A stretch of 52,909 nt of DNA, filler included, from Sphacelaria rigidula (GCA_964200075.2; 4 parts of 4 records of this genome joined end to end with filler, not necessarily neighbours in it), one strand, 5' to 3'. Counted from the whole stretch's first letter, positions 36,672 to 49,829 are shown. Made by a program: numbers and translations. Notes: generated from the sequence alone by a model not told the origin.

Positions 36672-39659
36672 TTGTGCTCAATGACTCTCAACTCTCTTCT
36701 GGCGTTGCTACGAGACAGCATGTCGACAGAGTAAAGATATATATTCCGTTCCGCGTTTCGATCAAGAGGGGCCGAACATGACGCTGTGGAGGGTCCTGAG
36801 GTGATCGATTTTGTCGGGACGGAACGCGCGAAAAAATGGAGGATGCCGTAGTGGAGTAAATTATGGCAAAAAGATGCCTCCTTATATCGAAAGATACTCC
36901 TGGAAGAAGGGAAGTATTTTGAAGGGCAATGTGAGCGTGTGTCTAATGTGCGTACCCTGCATGTTCATGTGTCCATTTTATGCAAACCTAGAGCTCTTAT
37001 GCCTGGAGCGAAAATTGCACCCGATACTGTTGAGAGGTGTAGCAGGTACATTACTGCATGTATAGGTGGTACTAATGGATTGCACCTCATACTGATTTCT
37101 GCGGTAGCACGTATACTATTTTGATTAAGGTTTAGTGGGTAAAGCTGGATGCAACAAACGTAAGATACTGGATACCATAGCAAGTACCAATGAACTGGCG
37201 TCACAAGAGAGTACGAAATTCTGGATGGTTAGGCGTGCAAATTGGATTGAAACAAAGATAACAAAATTACAGGTATTTGGTTTGCATGTACGTCTAGTCA
37301 AGTAAAAAACCAGTCATGACTCCCCGCTATGTATTTTGACGGAAAGAGCGGGAGATATGTACGTCATAGTTCTCATGGTCGCGGTACTTCCGGCGTCTTC
37401 CTGGGGAGCCCAAAACATTTGGTGATCATCATTCAAGCGAGAGTCAGTAAAATCAGTGCTACATTCTGTAGTGAAAACTTTGCTTGTTGAGATGTGTGAG
37501 ATCCTCTGCTAATATTTTATTATTCCCCCTCCCGACCCTCTCCCACCCCGCCGTATTGGGCTTTTTCGGAAGATTTTTGTTCAGCTTTTGAGAAAATAGG
37601 GACGAGGATGGTCGTAGTTGCCCAGGTGAAGCCTGCTGGATTTGTGCATTTGGTTTGTTTGTTTTTGCCGCCCTAGGGTTTCTGCATACCACCTTGTAAT
37701 CGCGCAACGCACACCGGTGATCAAAGGTGATCTGGTTGATTTGTCAGCATTGTGCTCTACCTTAAAGAATACAACTGTACTAATTCTGTAGTATCGTTGT
37801 ACGTACATGGCCAGCCGTCCCGTATGATTACCCTTGATTGCTTGATTGTTGTGGTTTTTATTATTTTTTTGACATGGATGTAGGGACACGAGGGGAAGGG
37901 GGGGGGGGGGGGGGGGGGGGAAGGGGACCAGGCGTGGTTGGCCGCGGCGGAGCCATCGAGACGACTTGCGTCCCTGTTGGCGATCATGAACGGTACTTGT
38001 TTTCTTTATTGTTGCTGTCGCGCTTGCCTCTGTCGGGGGCGGAGTGAGGGGGAAGGGTTTTGTGTTATCGCCTTTTATATTTGTTGCTCATGTCCTTAGT
38101 TGCCTAGTTCGCTTGGAGTACGTGAACTGATTTTCCTTGGTATCCTATTGGCTGTACAATGGTCTTCAAATGCTCGGAGGACATGATGAGGCATGCGGCG
38201 TTGAGGGTTGTTGCTTCTGAGTACAAGTATTCGGTACATTACGTTGCAAAATACTTGGCGTGCGCTCTCCCGTGTCTCGCGCAGACCGTAAGCGTAAAAA
38301 TGAGCTGTAATTCGGTTTGTTGTTTTGTTTCATTTCGAAAATTACACGGCGGACATTTCATTGATGGCGTGGTATTATATATTAAACTAATGGTTGTGCG
38401 AAGGCCTAAACGACGGGTCTGGGGGTGAGGGTGAATCTAGGAGTGTCTTTTCTTGCTGTTTCGTTTGTTTTTTGTTTTCAGGGGGGCTCATGAAGGAAGG
38501 AGTTGGCGCTTGAATGCTCCTGTTGAGGGGGCGAAAGTCTACGCGGTAGGTGGACTGACGGAGAGGATATACGGTGACCCTTCACCAAACAGAGGTCGTT
38601 TTAAGTGTCACGTGTCGAGAATAAAGACACCGTGCCAAAGGTAGGGCAGTGGGGCAGGGTTTAGGTTCGGGATAGTCGACGGCAGTTAGAGAGAAAAGCT
38701 TTAGTTATCTGTGATCACGGACTGTCGACGTTTGAATCGACGGGGAGAAAATGGTTGGGAAGGTAGGTTCGGACCCGTCGTTGTTGCCTTCCATGCACCA
38801 GTCTTTGAGCTGTTGTGATGATGGATCTGAGCAAAAAGCACAATGTACCTGTACACGACATGTGTTCGTATCGTGTTGAAGATGCTGTCACACTTGTGTT
38901 TTTCGTCGTGATAAACGGCTTTTTCGTCGCCGTCTTGGATATAACTACTGAGGAAAAATTGTTTCGTGCTGTAGGAAATGCTGTTTTTTTTTAGGTATGT
39001 CCCATGTCTGGTGGAGTCAGCAGAAGCGATGATCAAGACAGTACAGGACGGGACAGTAGTGCGTTGACTATTGACTGTGATGCGTTCATGCTGTGCGTAT
39101 GAAGCTTACCCGAGATACTCGTGTTCAAGTTGTCATCCCCAGAGGAAGGAAAGCTTGTTCACGATAAGAAATGACAGTACGCAACCCAGCACGCTGGATT
39201 GATTTGCACACGGAACACGCTCTTGATTTTCTTTCTTGTTTTTTTTCTTCGTTGATACTGATTCGGCACGAACCCACCCAAGATTTGTGTTCATTCGGTG
39301 CCGTTTACGATACATTAATCTCATCATGACATGAAGGTGGACTGGGTCGGCCTCGAGCAACGCGGCAATATCACATTGCATTCGACCGGGGGGCCCATAT
39401 CGGGAAATGACTGCACCCCCGCCATACTAACTTTGAGTAATTAACGCGAGATCGAAGCGCGTGCGGTGTATTGCAGAAACTACTATCGCCGTCATCCAGC
39501 GATTAGCGGGCACCCTCTCCCCCCCATGAAATCGAGTACAACCCCCCACCTTCCTCCTTCAACCTGAGAATAAGGTTTTCGCGGCCTGCGGGGGGGGTGT
39601 CCTCATGATCATGCATGCCATAATCATCAGACCATCGACCTCACATCCCTACAAAGCCG

Positions 39660-39759
39660 NNNNNNNNNNNNNNNNNNNNNNNNNNNNNNNNNNNNNNNNN
39701 NNNTTAATTAATTAANNNNNNNNNNNNNNNNNNNNNNNNNNNNNNNNNNNNNNNNNNNN
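39660..39759. other. Artificial contig linker
   Basis: N44-TTAATTAATTAA-N44. Confidence 0.97.
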
Positions 39760-39825
39760 CGGTATGGTAGGTCTCTTCTTTCAAAAAAAAAAAAAGTTGT
39801 ACATAAAAAAAAAATATCTAAACCA

Positions 39826-39860
<35 letters not shown>

Positions 39861-40182
39861 GACATTGGTGCACGTCAGTATAAAGAAGTGTTGGGTTACT
39901 GACAGCGTTTTCTTGGAAACACAACTTTCGCTGTCTTGTAGGTACAGTGGCAAATTTGGCGGAAAACCCTGATGCCGTTTATCTGTAGCTTTTGGTCGCT
40001 CGCTTGAAAAAACAAAAAACGCATGCGCACGTGTACGTTCCTCGCTCATGTAAAAAAGAAAAAGGTGAACCAATGGCACTACACTGATCGATCGCATCGA
40101 ACCGAAGAGTCTTCTTTTCAGTCAACACTAATCTTGGCAACAAATCGTCATTGGAAAGTCGGAACACTAAAACGACAATCAA

Positions 40183-40186
40183 CACA

Positions 40187-40229
<43 letters not shown>
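40183..40229. repeat. (CA)n microsatellite abutting a splice donor
   Basis: Minus strand reads cag|gtgtgtgtg... Confidence 0.9.
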
Positions 40230-40231
<2 letters not shown>

Positions 40232-40286
40232 GGATGTAGCGCAAGTCGCCTTCGTTATTCTCCTGCCGAAATCCAGTAATGCCAAT
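40230..40286 (-). CDS. Methyltransferase exon (IGITGFRQENNEGDLRYIQ)
   Basis: ttccag| ... cag|gtgtgt; 57 nt. Confidence 0.85.
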
Positions 40287-43200
40287 CTGGAAATCATTGG
40301 AAGGCGAGTGCGCCGGCGTGGAGGAGGTGGGGGCGAGGGGGGATGTACTCATGATCATGCATGCCATAGTCATCAGACCATTGACCTCGCATCCCTACAA
40401 AGCCGGGACGGAGCACGCCGGGTTTTCGCCGGACCAGGCTCGGTGGGGGCGGGGGGGGGGGAGGGGGGTTGTTCTAAGGTTGTGTTCTGTAGGGTATGGG
40501 TATCTTCGATAGGGTATGATATCCCGCACAGAAATTGTCGGGTAGGGTATGAAGATTGCACAGAAAAGCGAAACCGCAACCGGGTATTTTGAGAAGGGTG
40601 AACGTTTTGAACATTACTTACAGAACTGTCGGGTAAGGGTATGGGAGGCTTACAGAAGGGACAGAACTGTCGGGTAGGGGTACGAAAGTCACATAGAAGT
40701 TACACAACTGTTGGGTACCGGTATAAGAGTCTTACAAAAGTCATAGACCAGTCGAGTACGGGTAATACCCAGGAAAACACCCCGGGAATACAAAATCCCG
40801 TACCATACAAAACACAACCTTGGACACGGCCACCATCAACATCGATGACCTACACTTTGCTACTTGATCCCCCTAGTGGCGCAGATGAACCGTCCCCACT
40901 GGAGTCACCACTCGAGTCTGGAGATAATCCGTCTTCAACAACTGCATCGCTGCTCATGTTTCGTGTTACCACCCAACGGTACCTCGTGACCCGTCAGTGC
41001 AGGAAATTTACAATCTTGATATTTTTTCGGGTGTGCAGTGTTGGGTGAATGAGGGGGGGTTGGATTGATGAGACTTCCGGGTTCAAGTCTTGATTTTCTA
41101 ATTGTGTCGGGCTTGGACCTATACCCATACTTCCTCAGAGCATATACCTGTACTCGTACCTGCATCGGGTTTATCTAGACGGGTTCGGGCGGCTTACAGA
41201 ACTAACAAAACTGTGGGGTAAGGGTACTGAAGTAATGCAAAATTTACAGCACTGTCGGGTACCAATATGAATGTTTTACAGAGTTACTGAACTTGTCGGG
41301 TGGGGTATGGAGGGTGCACAGAAAACCGTGCCCGCAACCGGGTATTTTTTAAAGGGGATCCCCGTACTCCCCTCCCGGTAAGGGTGTGGGTAGTTGACAG
41401 TAGATCTAGAACTATCGGGTAGGGGTACGAAAGTCTTACAGACTCAACAGAAGTGTCGGGTACGGGTGAAATCTGGGAAAATTCCCCATGTAAACAAAAA
41501 AAAACTGGACCCTACAGAACATAACCTTGGGAATGTTCATACACTACAGTCATGTATCAGGTACTCTCAACAGTTTTCATGCCGCTGTAGTGGCCGGTTT
41601 CTGTAACGTTTTCCGCTGTCAACCACTGGATGAGAAGTCTGTGGGACTGGATGCCCGCAGAAAGTTAGTGCATGAGAAAACAGCGCAGCTAGTTGCCTGT
41701 AGACAACTACTGAATGAGGAACCTGCGGAACTATTTTGGTTGCCTGTCGATAGTTTTCCGGCGGAAATTCGCGGAACAAGTTCCACGTGAGTAACTGTCG
41801 GCTGAAAACACCCCGCGACTAGTTAGTCGACTGTAGGCAACCCTCAAATGGTCAAATCTGGGTGGCTAGTTGTGCTGGAGGAACTACCGTCAAAGAGCAA
41901 TTGAGAACGGTGTGAACGGATATCACCAGAACGAAGCGCATCATACGCAACTCATCAAATGCTACACATCGCTTGGGCTATCGATGCTACTTTGAGTCGT
42001 AGGTCGTAGTCCTCAGAAGTGAAAGCGTGATAGTTCTGCGGGGCTGTGTTGCATCTTGCTATGTGCCGCCTCGTGGTGACCCAATTCGTTTTCCCAGGAG
42101 CATCGTGATTCTGCAAAAAGTACAAAAAATCCTACGAGTACAAGACGTTTGGCACGCTCACGTTTGCAGAGCAAAAGTAGCATTCTAACAGTTTTCTTCG
42201 CATCGCCCCGGCCAATCACAGTGCGATGGGATTGTGATTTTGAGGGGGGTTTTGTCCCGACAGGACATGTTGGTCGATACCAAACGGTACCTATCTACAC
42301 AACTCTTTGCCAGTACACAACTACTAGAGGAATATGCTGAGAAAATAATTGCGTACTGAAAAACTTTACGCAACAATAGTTGCCTGGAGACACCTTCTGA
42401 ATAAGAAGCCAGTGCCACAAGTCACCTGCGGACAACTACTATTAGTGGCACTAGTTGCTGATATACGATTTCCGTCTGAATTTCTTTATGCGAGCAGCTG
42501 CATACAAACAGCTCTCTCGGTGGAAAAAATTAGCACAACTAGCTGTACTGTAAAGAACCAACCCTCGGATGGGAAAACTGTGCGAACTAGTTGTTCAAGG
42601 TGTGACTAAATATCTCGTACAGCGACATGAAAAAAATATATACATTCCCCAGATTATTGCTACGCATGGAGTTATTTTCCATCAAACTTCAGGAAGGGGA
42701 CTGACTGACTGACTGACTGTGGAGGAATGATGAAGAAAAGGCAATACTCGATACTCTTCCACGTTATGGAAAAAACATGGGCACCAGCTGTTATCGCATG
42801 ACATCCGGCACGGTCGAAGAAACTCCTATTTTTTCATTTGCTCCTGTTGAATATAATTTCACGAACCTTCTTCGAGGAAGCTTGCACAGCCTTAATCGCG
42901 CGGTTCACAGAGGGATGGTGTACCCGACACTCCGGTATCCCCACTACATCGTGGGAACCCGCCTTGTACAACCCCAATTCTAGTCCCCCCCACTTGGACA
43001 ACGGTCGCGTCGCCAGCTTTGCGAGCGTGCGCCAACCATGCGGCTCCCAATCGTGGATGAAATGAGGCTCAAAATCCAACGCCCCCTCTGGACCAAATCG
43101 CTTCCTAGCTGCTGCAGCGTGGAGATTATCCAAGAAGGAACTTGTGGGGTCCGATCGAAGGGGGGGCAAGGACGGGTCATGACAGAGGCGGGAAGGGCCG

Positions 43201-43850
43201 GGGGCGGGGGGCGCGTACTCTTTTGTTGCTTGCCTTAGTCGTTTCACCGTTGACCACGCATCCCTTTCAAGACGAAGCACCGTTCCTGCTCCTTATAGAG
43301 ACATCCTCCAACCCTTGGGCGCTCATTACGCTTTCCCATTCAATACACGAAACCCTTCCTACAGACCTCATCCCCTTCCTGTTTCTTCATCTGTGGTCAC
43401 CTTTTATCTCCTTGCGTAGGGATGGTTTTCTTGCCACTATCTAATGTACCAAAACGATTTCACGCTACGTTCGCTTACTGCCCACATTTCCCCCTCTAGC
43501 ACGTCTCGTTCCTTTTTGCACAGTTCACATCGTCCCACTATATGAGTTATAAACTGTTGCTGTTTTGCCACAGAGGCAATTCTGTGCATCCACTCCCTCC
43601 GCCACCCGACCACTGGTATACCTCATTCCCCATTTTGGTAGGTCCAGGTCCCCCACCCGAAATCGCAGTCCAGGGTGGTGGTGGTGGTGGGGGGGGGGGG
43701 GGGGGGGGGGAAATAACGGGGGCGGGGAAAAAGAAAAAAATCTTTTGGGGCCCCCTCCAGAGGGGGGGCCCAAAAACAGAANNNNNNNNNNCCCTCGCGA
43801 CCCCCCCTCCCCCCTTTGGGGGGGGCGCGGCCCCCCCCCCGAAATGCGCG

Positions 43851-43890
<40 letters not shown>

Positions 43891-45413
43891 CGAGAACTAA
43901 CGTCGCAGATGATAAAGAAGACAATCTTATGAGGCCCATTCCAGAGCGAGGTCCATAAGTCAGAAGTTACACAACATCCCGAGTTTTCGCCTGAGCCCAA
44001 ACTGAGGGGGTCGGGGTCGGGTACTCCAAAGCGAGTTGTCAGCCGTGGTCAGACTTAGCCTCTTATTCACATCTTGATAGCATGTGAACGAACTACCCCG
44101 AGACAAGGATGTACACTGTTTTCGACGGACCGGGTACGAATTGATCACGAGTCGAACAGCCCCAGCTGATGTGGTGGATGACAAAAATCAACGCCGAGAC
44201 AGCTGGGTTTTCGAGTTGTCTGAAGACGCCACAGCCTATAGGAAGGGTGTGTGTAGAAGAAGAAAAAAAAACAGTTCACCTAACGAGTTATTTATGCCGT
44301 TGGATAACTCCTGCAGCTAATGCAGCTGCTCACAGAGGTCTTCAAACACCTTCTACGGTAGTTCTCGGCCAAAGTGTAAGACATTTCTGGGTAGCCAAAG
44401 AAGCGTGCGCGGGGGGGGAGGGAGTGCTGGAGCTGACATATGTCCCCCTCTTATCCGCTCGGCTATCTATATTTTCCTTTGAACGAGTACGAGCTGCTAT
44501 CAAAATAATTCCTGGATTACATGGAGCGATAGGAAACGCGCCCTTGACCGAGGCACCGCCAACATGTCGTGGAAAAAAAAATAATGGAGGGAGGCGTGCG
44601 CACGATTCGTCTACCTTAGCTGATCCATCAGTTGTGTCCGGACGATGAATTAATTCACCGGCGAGAGTGAGGGTAGTGGCATCTCATAATATGCATATAG
44701 AATGAGTCAATCAAATCATTGGTCACTAAATCCTGGACAGGAAGGAGAACTCTTCCCAAGAGCAATCACCGATGATCTGCCTATTCTATCAATCGGGCAC
44801 GAGGGGAGGGGGGGGGGGTGACGCCGGACATGACGTAAGTACTCTCGTCACGATAACGGTATCGTTTGAGGCGCGTTCCAGAAAAACAAGGGCGAACCAC
44901 GACACAAACAGCAACTCAAGAACCATACGACAGCTCCACGGGCTACGAATAGTACTTTCGGGCGACATTCTTCGAGTGCTCTACAAGTTATGCACATCTT
45001 TGACCATCTGCCTTTCGCTCATCTCTTTCACCGACAAAATCATCCCCCCCAGACCCCCAAACCCCCATCCTGCTGTTGCGCCAACAGCCTCTCTCGCCAG
45101 CCCCCGCCGTACGACCAGGTTTAAAATCTCCGACCAATCCACCGCTATACCTGGAATCAACCATGATGGGAGATTGGTCGAATCCGCGGTCAAGCATACA
45201 CCCTGGGCATGCTTTAAAATGCCGGCACTTCAGCATGTCGCCCTCTCTTGGAAGCGTCGTGTCCTTCCACGCTGCCTGTAGGCCTGAGGCTGACACCGCC
45301 GCGCCCATGCCTCCCTTCCCCGTTCTGCCGCCCTGCCCCCCTCCCGGGGCTGATCTCCCAAGGTTGCCCCAGTTCATCACGGCAACTTTTTCTTTCTTAG
45401 TCTCGTATGCCAA
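40230..45413 (-). CDS. TrmA/RlmD(RumA)-family RNA (uracil-5-)-methyltransferase, partial (N-terminal/central exons)
   Basis: complement(join(40230-40286,42867-43140,45151-45413)), phase-consistent GT-AG. Translation includes LKCRHFKACPGC (C-x5-C-x2-C Fe-S motif), WRTLAKLA..LGLYKAGSHDVVGIPECRVHHPSVN and GDLRYIQ. The catalytic C-terminus lies beyond the contig start; the first exon was not identified. Confidence 0.88.
40476..40821. mobile_element. MITE with subterminal repeats (family F), intronic
   Basis: TIRs aaggttgtgttctgtagggta / taccatacaaaacacaacctt; internal cagaactgtcgggtagggtat units. Confidence 0.75.
41170..41528. mobile_element. Second family F MITE, left end degraded
   Basis: Same gggta(a)gggtat units; right TIR accctacagaacataacctt. 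Confidence 0.65.
42867..43140 (-). CDS. Methyltransferase exon (SFLDN..GSHDVVGIPECRVHHP..SSKK)
   Basis: cacaag| ... aag|gttcgt; 274 nt, phase 2 to phase 0. Confidence 0.88.
45151..45413 (-). CDS. Methyltransferase exon with Fe-S cysteine motif
   Basis: ..LKCRHFKACPGCMLDRGFDQSPIMVDS|gtatag; 5' boundary (cacag|ttg) less certain. Confidence 0.8.
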
Positions 45414-45968
45414 CTGTGTGTTTTTGACGTTCCCAGGCGCAGAAGGGGGAAATGGAGGTGTGCTGTCGGGTGCCGTGGTGAAAACGTATCACAGGCCATG
45501 GGCATGACCAAAGGAGTGGAACCACCAAGCGATCGATATGTGGTGAATAAAGGATAAAAGGGATAACTAGAAATGTTAAGGTGGGAATCGATCCTGCACG
45601 AGCGGGGCGCCAAATGTTTGCGGTATGACCTTGTATCATTTCGATATGCCACAGAAGGACCGCCGCTGCCGCCGCGCTGTCACAGTAGCTATACCCCGTG
45701 TGTGTACATGTCTGCTACGTATACCCTGTTGGGACTGTCCGCAAAAACCAGGGTACGTGTGTATCCGTTTGAGACCAATGTTCACCGTTCGTTTTCGTCT
45801 GAAAATAACTGATTTCGGCAGTGCAGTTGGCAGGGATGGTGGCAAATTTCAGCACCGGCGCTACCCTTGAGAAAATCGAGCATACAAACGATCAAAGTCC
45901 TATACCAGAGCTGGGCGCTAGATACAGAAGGTTGCACAAGATACCAAGGGCAATTTTCACACCACCAG

Positions 45969-48348
45969 GACCTTCTTTTCAACAACCCCCAGGTGACGAA
46001 TGTTCGACTATTTTCCGACACCTTGTCGCCGTCTGCAGTATCGTATTGGGGTACAACGTACACCAGTCTACTGAAAAAAACTCATATGATGAGCTGTCTC
46101 GTGGATGTTGATAATACGCGTAGGTGACGGTTTGTGTCGCACTTACGTAGTACAGCACCCTCCTGAATAATGGCTGGTTTACCGGCGTTGGGCTACAAAT
46201 GTTCATGGTTGACGAAATTTTACAAGTATCGCTACCCCTAACCCTAACCCCAACCCAATGCATATCGAGAACCCTCGGGCAAGAGCAGTACATGCATTCC
46301 CTACGCAAAGTGCGGCCTTCGAGACCCCAAATCGGCGCCAGTGGCGCCGATTTCGACGAAAACGCGTTCTGCGCACGCGAGGAGCACACGGGACCCCTTA
46401 GTGCGAGAAAATGTAATCCTCCTGAGGTAATGCCACTAAGTGATCCGTCTTGACACACGCTCAACTCTTCCACTGCGATTGAGTCATTTTCCAATGAAAA
46501 CACGTGCGTCAAACGCGACAAAACGGTTGAAAAATATTTGTAATCTCGAAAATCTGCTGCTTCAGTGAATATCTTCAACAACTTTGCCATCAAAGGGCCA
46601 AGAGCACATAGATTCGTCATTCGGAGGCGTTCTCTGAGTTTATTACTTGGTCTCAGTGTAGGATCCGAACGACAAAAACCGACGCTCATTCTCGACCCAG
46701 AGCTGGGGTGATTCACTGCTTGCTTCTCGTGACTGTACCGAACAGCAACGTTATCTTCAGAATCCTGGAGGTTGCCTGCACACCACGAGTGATGGATGCC
46801 TGCACACCACTTTGCCACCGGTCACAATACCTATGATCCCCAGGTGGGAACGGGCGGAACAAGCACACGCCGGACAGCTCATGAGCTGCGTAAAATAACT
46901 AATCGAAAAGGATTATCAGGTACGTTGTCGAAGTACACGACATACGTGACGGCAGGGTCCGAGAAGTCAAAGCTCCACCTTTGCGCTACTTCGCGTGCTC
47001 GGCGTCCAGCTCTGTGAGGAGCGAATGTGAAAAAAGCGACCAAATGAGCTAGGTCATGATCCGGATCAGTACACCAATGAGAATTAATACCCAGGTAGTT
47101 CATCAGATGTCCGACGTTTGGAAACGAGTGAAAGATTTATTTATTTTTAATTACATTCGACATTGCAAAAAGAGTACTGTCCTTTCCCCGTTCAGTCCGC
47201 GCCCACGGCATGTTTGTACCATCATCGTACAGTAGGTCGTAGCTCTGTGCCTTGAAGGCAGCAGAGGCAGCAGTAGCGGCAGGCTATGCACGCAAGGGCT
47301 ACGTTACAAACCTACTGATAAATTTGTAGTTCTTGCTCATGTCGCAACACGGTACCTGAGGTAAGGCGGGTGTAGAGTGTCTTCTTGGCGAAGGGTGCGT
47401 TCGATGAACTCGAGTCGGCGCCAATAAACATGTACGGCGAGCACCTCGGAACTGTCAGCCCAATAAGCACTCGAAATATAATGGTCTTGATAGTGTCTCA
47501 TTCAGCGAATTTATTGACGGGTTGGGGTCAACTCTACTGCGCGACATGAGCAAAAGCCGAGAGATAGATGCATCGACAATCTCGAGCGGCTCCACGCAAT
47601 ATCTTGATGCTGAGGTCCGGAGCTGCAGGAAAAGAGTCGGACGTCTGTCTCTTCTCGCGGGCAAAGACGCCACACGCAGCCCACACAGCGAACGTTGACC
47701 AGCACTACTTGTGAAACTAGGAGACCGAAAGACCACGGTCTGACTCTTGTATTCAGCATCACGACAGAACACTACTTGCTCGACGTAGAGTATGGTGTAT
47801 ATTGCCTACCGGGGGAGAGATAATGGCTAGATTCTTGAGACTACAGACTCATTTCGACGAAGGGCAAGGATCAAAAGCATGATGAGATTAAACGTAACCC
47901 GCGGGTGACCGCTTTTTGGTCATTTTGGGCACGTTCTTACACCTTCATTCAATACCGTGGAATACGATGTATAAGACCCGTATGTAGTAAACCATCCGCC
48001 TCTCCCTCCCCTTCCATACCCCCCGAGCGATAGGTTTCCGGTTATTATCGGCACCATTTTCAGTGAGGCAAAACGTGCACAATTGGGGTGCCTCAGCGCC
48101 TTGCCTGTGGTGCCGCCGTGTTTTTCGTGCTTTGCACTTGTAGACACGCGCTGGCGCGCGAGGGCGCAGATTCGACCCTAGACACGACCAGCGATGGTGA
48201 CGGCGAAGACCCAGATGATGAAGGAGACGCTGTGCAGGTGGACGCAGGATACAGCGAACAGCTCTTCTTCACTGACGAATATACCATGGAGGATCCTTTC
48301 CACGCCGGGGACGGCAGAGGTATCCTCCCTGATGTATTTCATCAATGA
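45969..48348 (+). pseudogene. Putative spliced pseudogene, possibly hAT-transposase-derived
   Basis: join(45969-46123,46844-46919,47236-47360,48144-48348) is phase-consistent with GT-AG sites but has one in-frame TAA (46896-46898); ends in an acidic tract. Confidence 0.4.
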
Positions 48349-49029
48349 TATAGTAGAGCGGTTGGCTGGATCCTTCGTCTAGCTGTACAGCGTGTTATTG
48401 AAAAATATGCGTCCGAGCCCTCACCATTGCTCGCTGTGTCTGGGATCGAACCTGTGCCCTCGCGCGCCTACGCGCCCCTACCAGTGCAAAGCACGATATA
48501 GACGGCGCCGCCACAGGCAGGGCGCCAAAGTACCCCCATCTTGCATGTTGTGTCTCACTGAAGAATATATCCTACCTTTCAATCACTCAATCGAGTAGCA
48601 TCTCTCCTTGCGATCTCTCGCCGCAGTGCTTGCCTGATCAAACGATGAATTGTCGCAGGCTGCGAATATTGCAGAGAGGACTTTGGAGCTTCTGCCGTGT
48701 GTTCACTTTTCATTGTTACACGCTGCAGTGTTGTCTGAACAGCAATTTCTTGATATTTTTCCCGTCGAATTACTGCATGACGTATGGTGCTATACTTATT
48801 TGCGTGAAGTGGTTTGTGTTTTTGGTGAAGCGATTTTTCATTCACTTCCACGCGAAGTACTCTGTTGACTTGCCTCCTGCCACGTTTGTTGGGTTGGTCT
48901 ACTTTTTTTTTATCTTACTTTACTCACCTGGTTCTTTTCTCGTTCACGTTGGTGTTGTTTCGATAAGCCATTCATATCCGACGACTTCCATCAGCGCTGC
49001 TAATCCCTCTCTGTTATTTATCTTCAATA

Positions 49030-49394
49030 CTAAGTCGCTGTACAAAGAAATGAGATCGTCTCTTAAGGGACCCATTAAAAATCAAAATCGCACCTGATAT
49101 TGACCGAAATAGTTACCGCGGTGGTGCAATGGTCCGACTGTCGCCATTAGGGTGGAGAGAATGCGGATTCGATTCCTGACGCGTTGGGTTTTTTTCTTCG
49201 TAATGTAGGATAGATGCTAAGTCGCTGTACAAAGAAATGAGACCGTCTCTCATGGGACCCATTCAAAATCAAAATCGCACCTGATATTGACCGAAATAGT
49301 TACCGCGGTGATGCAATGGTCCGACTGTCGCCGTTAGGGTGGAGAGAACGCGGATTCGATTCCCGACGCGTTGGGATTTTTTCTTCGTAATGTA
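49030..49394 (+). repeat. Tandem duplication (187-bp period) containing a tRNA-like A/B-box unit
   Basis: ctaagtcgctgtacaaag..accgcggtggtgcaatggtcc..ggattcgattcc..T-run at 49030-49207 and 49217-49394. Confidence 0.9.
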
Positions 49395-49829
49395 TGATTT
49401 CCACCGTGGAAAGCGTGAGAACGTGAGTACACCGAGTAGTTGGCTGGGTTTTTTTATTTGAGTTGACGCGGTGTGGGAGTGGTGACCCAATCCGAGATAC
49501 CAAAGGTCAGGCATGTACCGGGGAGAGATGGGTTGATCCCTTGAGACCATGGACTCATGCCGAGGAATGGAAGGGGTTCAGATTGCTACAAAAATGAAAT
49601 AGAACATATAAAAATAATAATAAATTTAATATCGCATCTCATGGAATAAAATCGGTGACGAATTTGCAAAAAAGTGGCCTTCACGATTTTGAATTTCCGT
49701 CAATGGGCGGGGTGCCTGATCGAATTGGTCACCCCATTTTGAACGCCTGACAACAACTGCGGAGTTGTTCAAAATGAGGTAAGTGCTATACCATGGGACA
49801 CGTCATGTTTCACTGTACTGCGGCACAAA

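Noticed and set aside
39585..40410. Matching sequence on both sides of the third linker suggesting contig overlap
   Set aside because: The copies (39595-39659 and ~40340-40405) differ at several positions and the second is internal; a dispersed repeat.
40850..40985. Extra methyltransferase exon (RYRWVVTRNMSSD..)
   Set aside because: The flanking exons already join in phase into a family-typical sequence; this segment has a poor acceptor and incompatible phase.
43660..43890. Poly-Gly/Pro ORFs or G-quadruplex locus
   Set aside because: Homopolymer runs around a 10-N gap indicate low-quality sequence.
45979..46818. 279-aa minus-strand ORF
   Set aside because: No recognisable domain; crosses a telomere-like repeat and non-coding-looking sequence.
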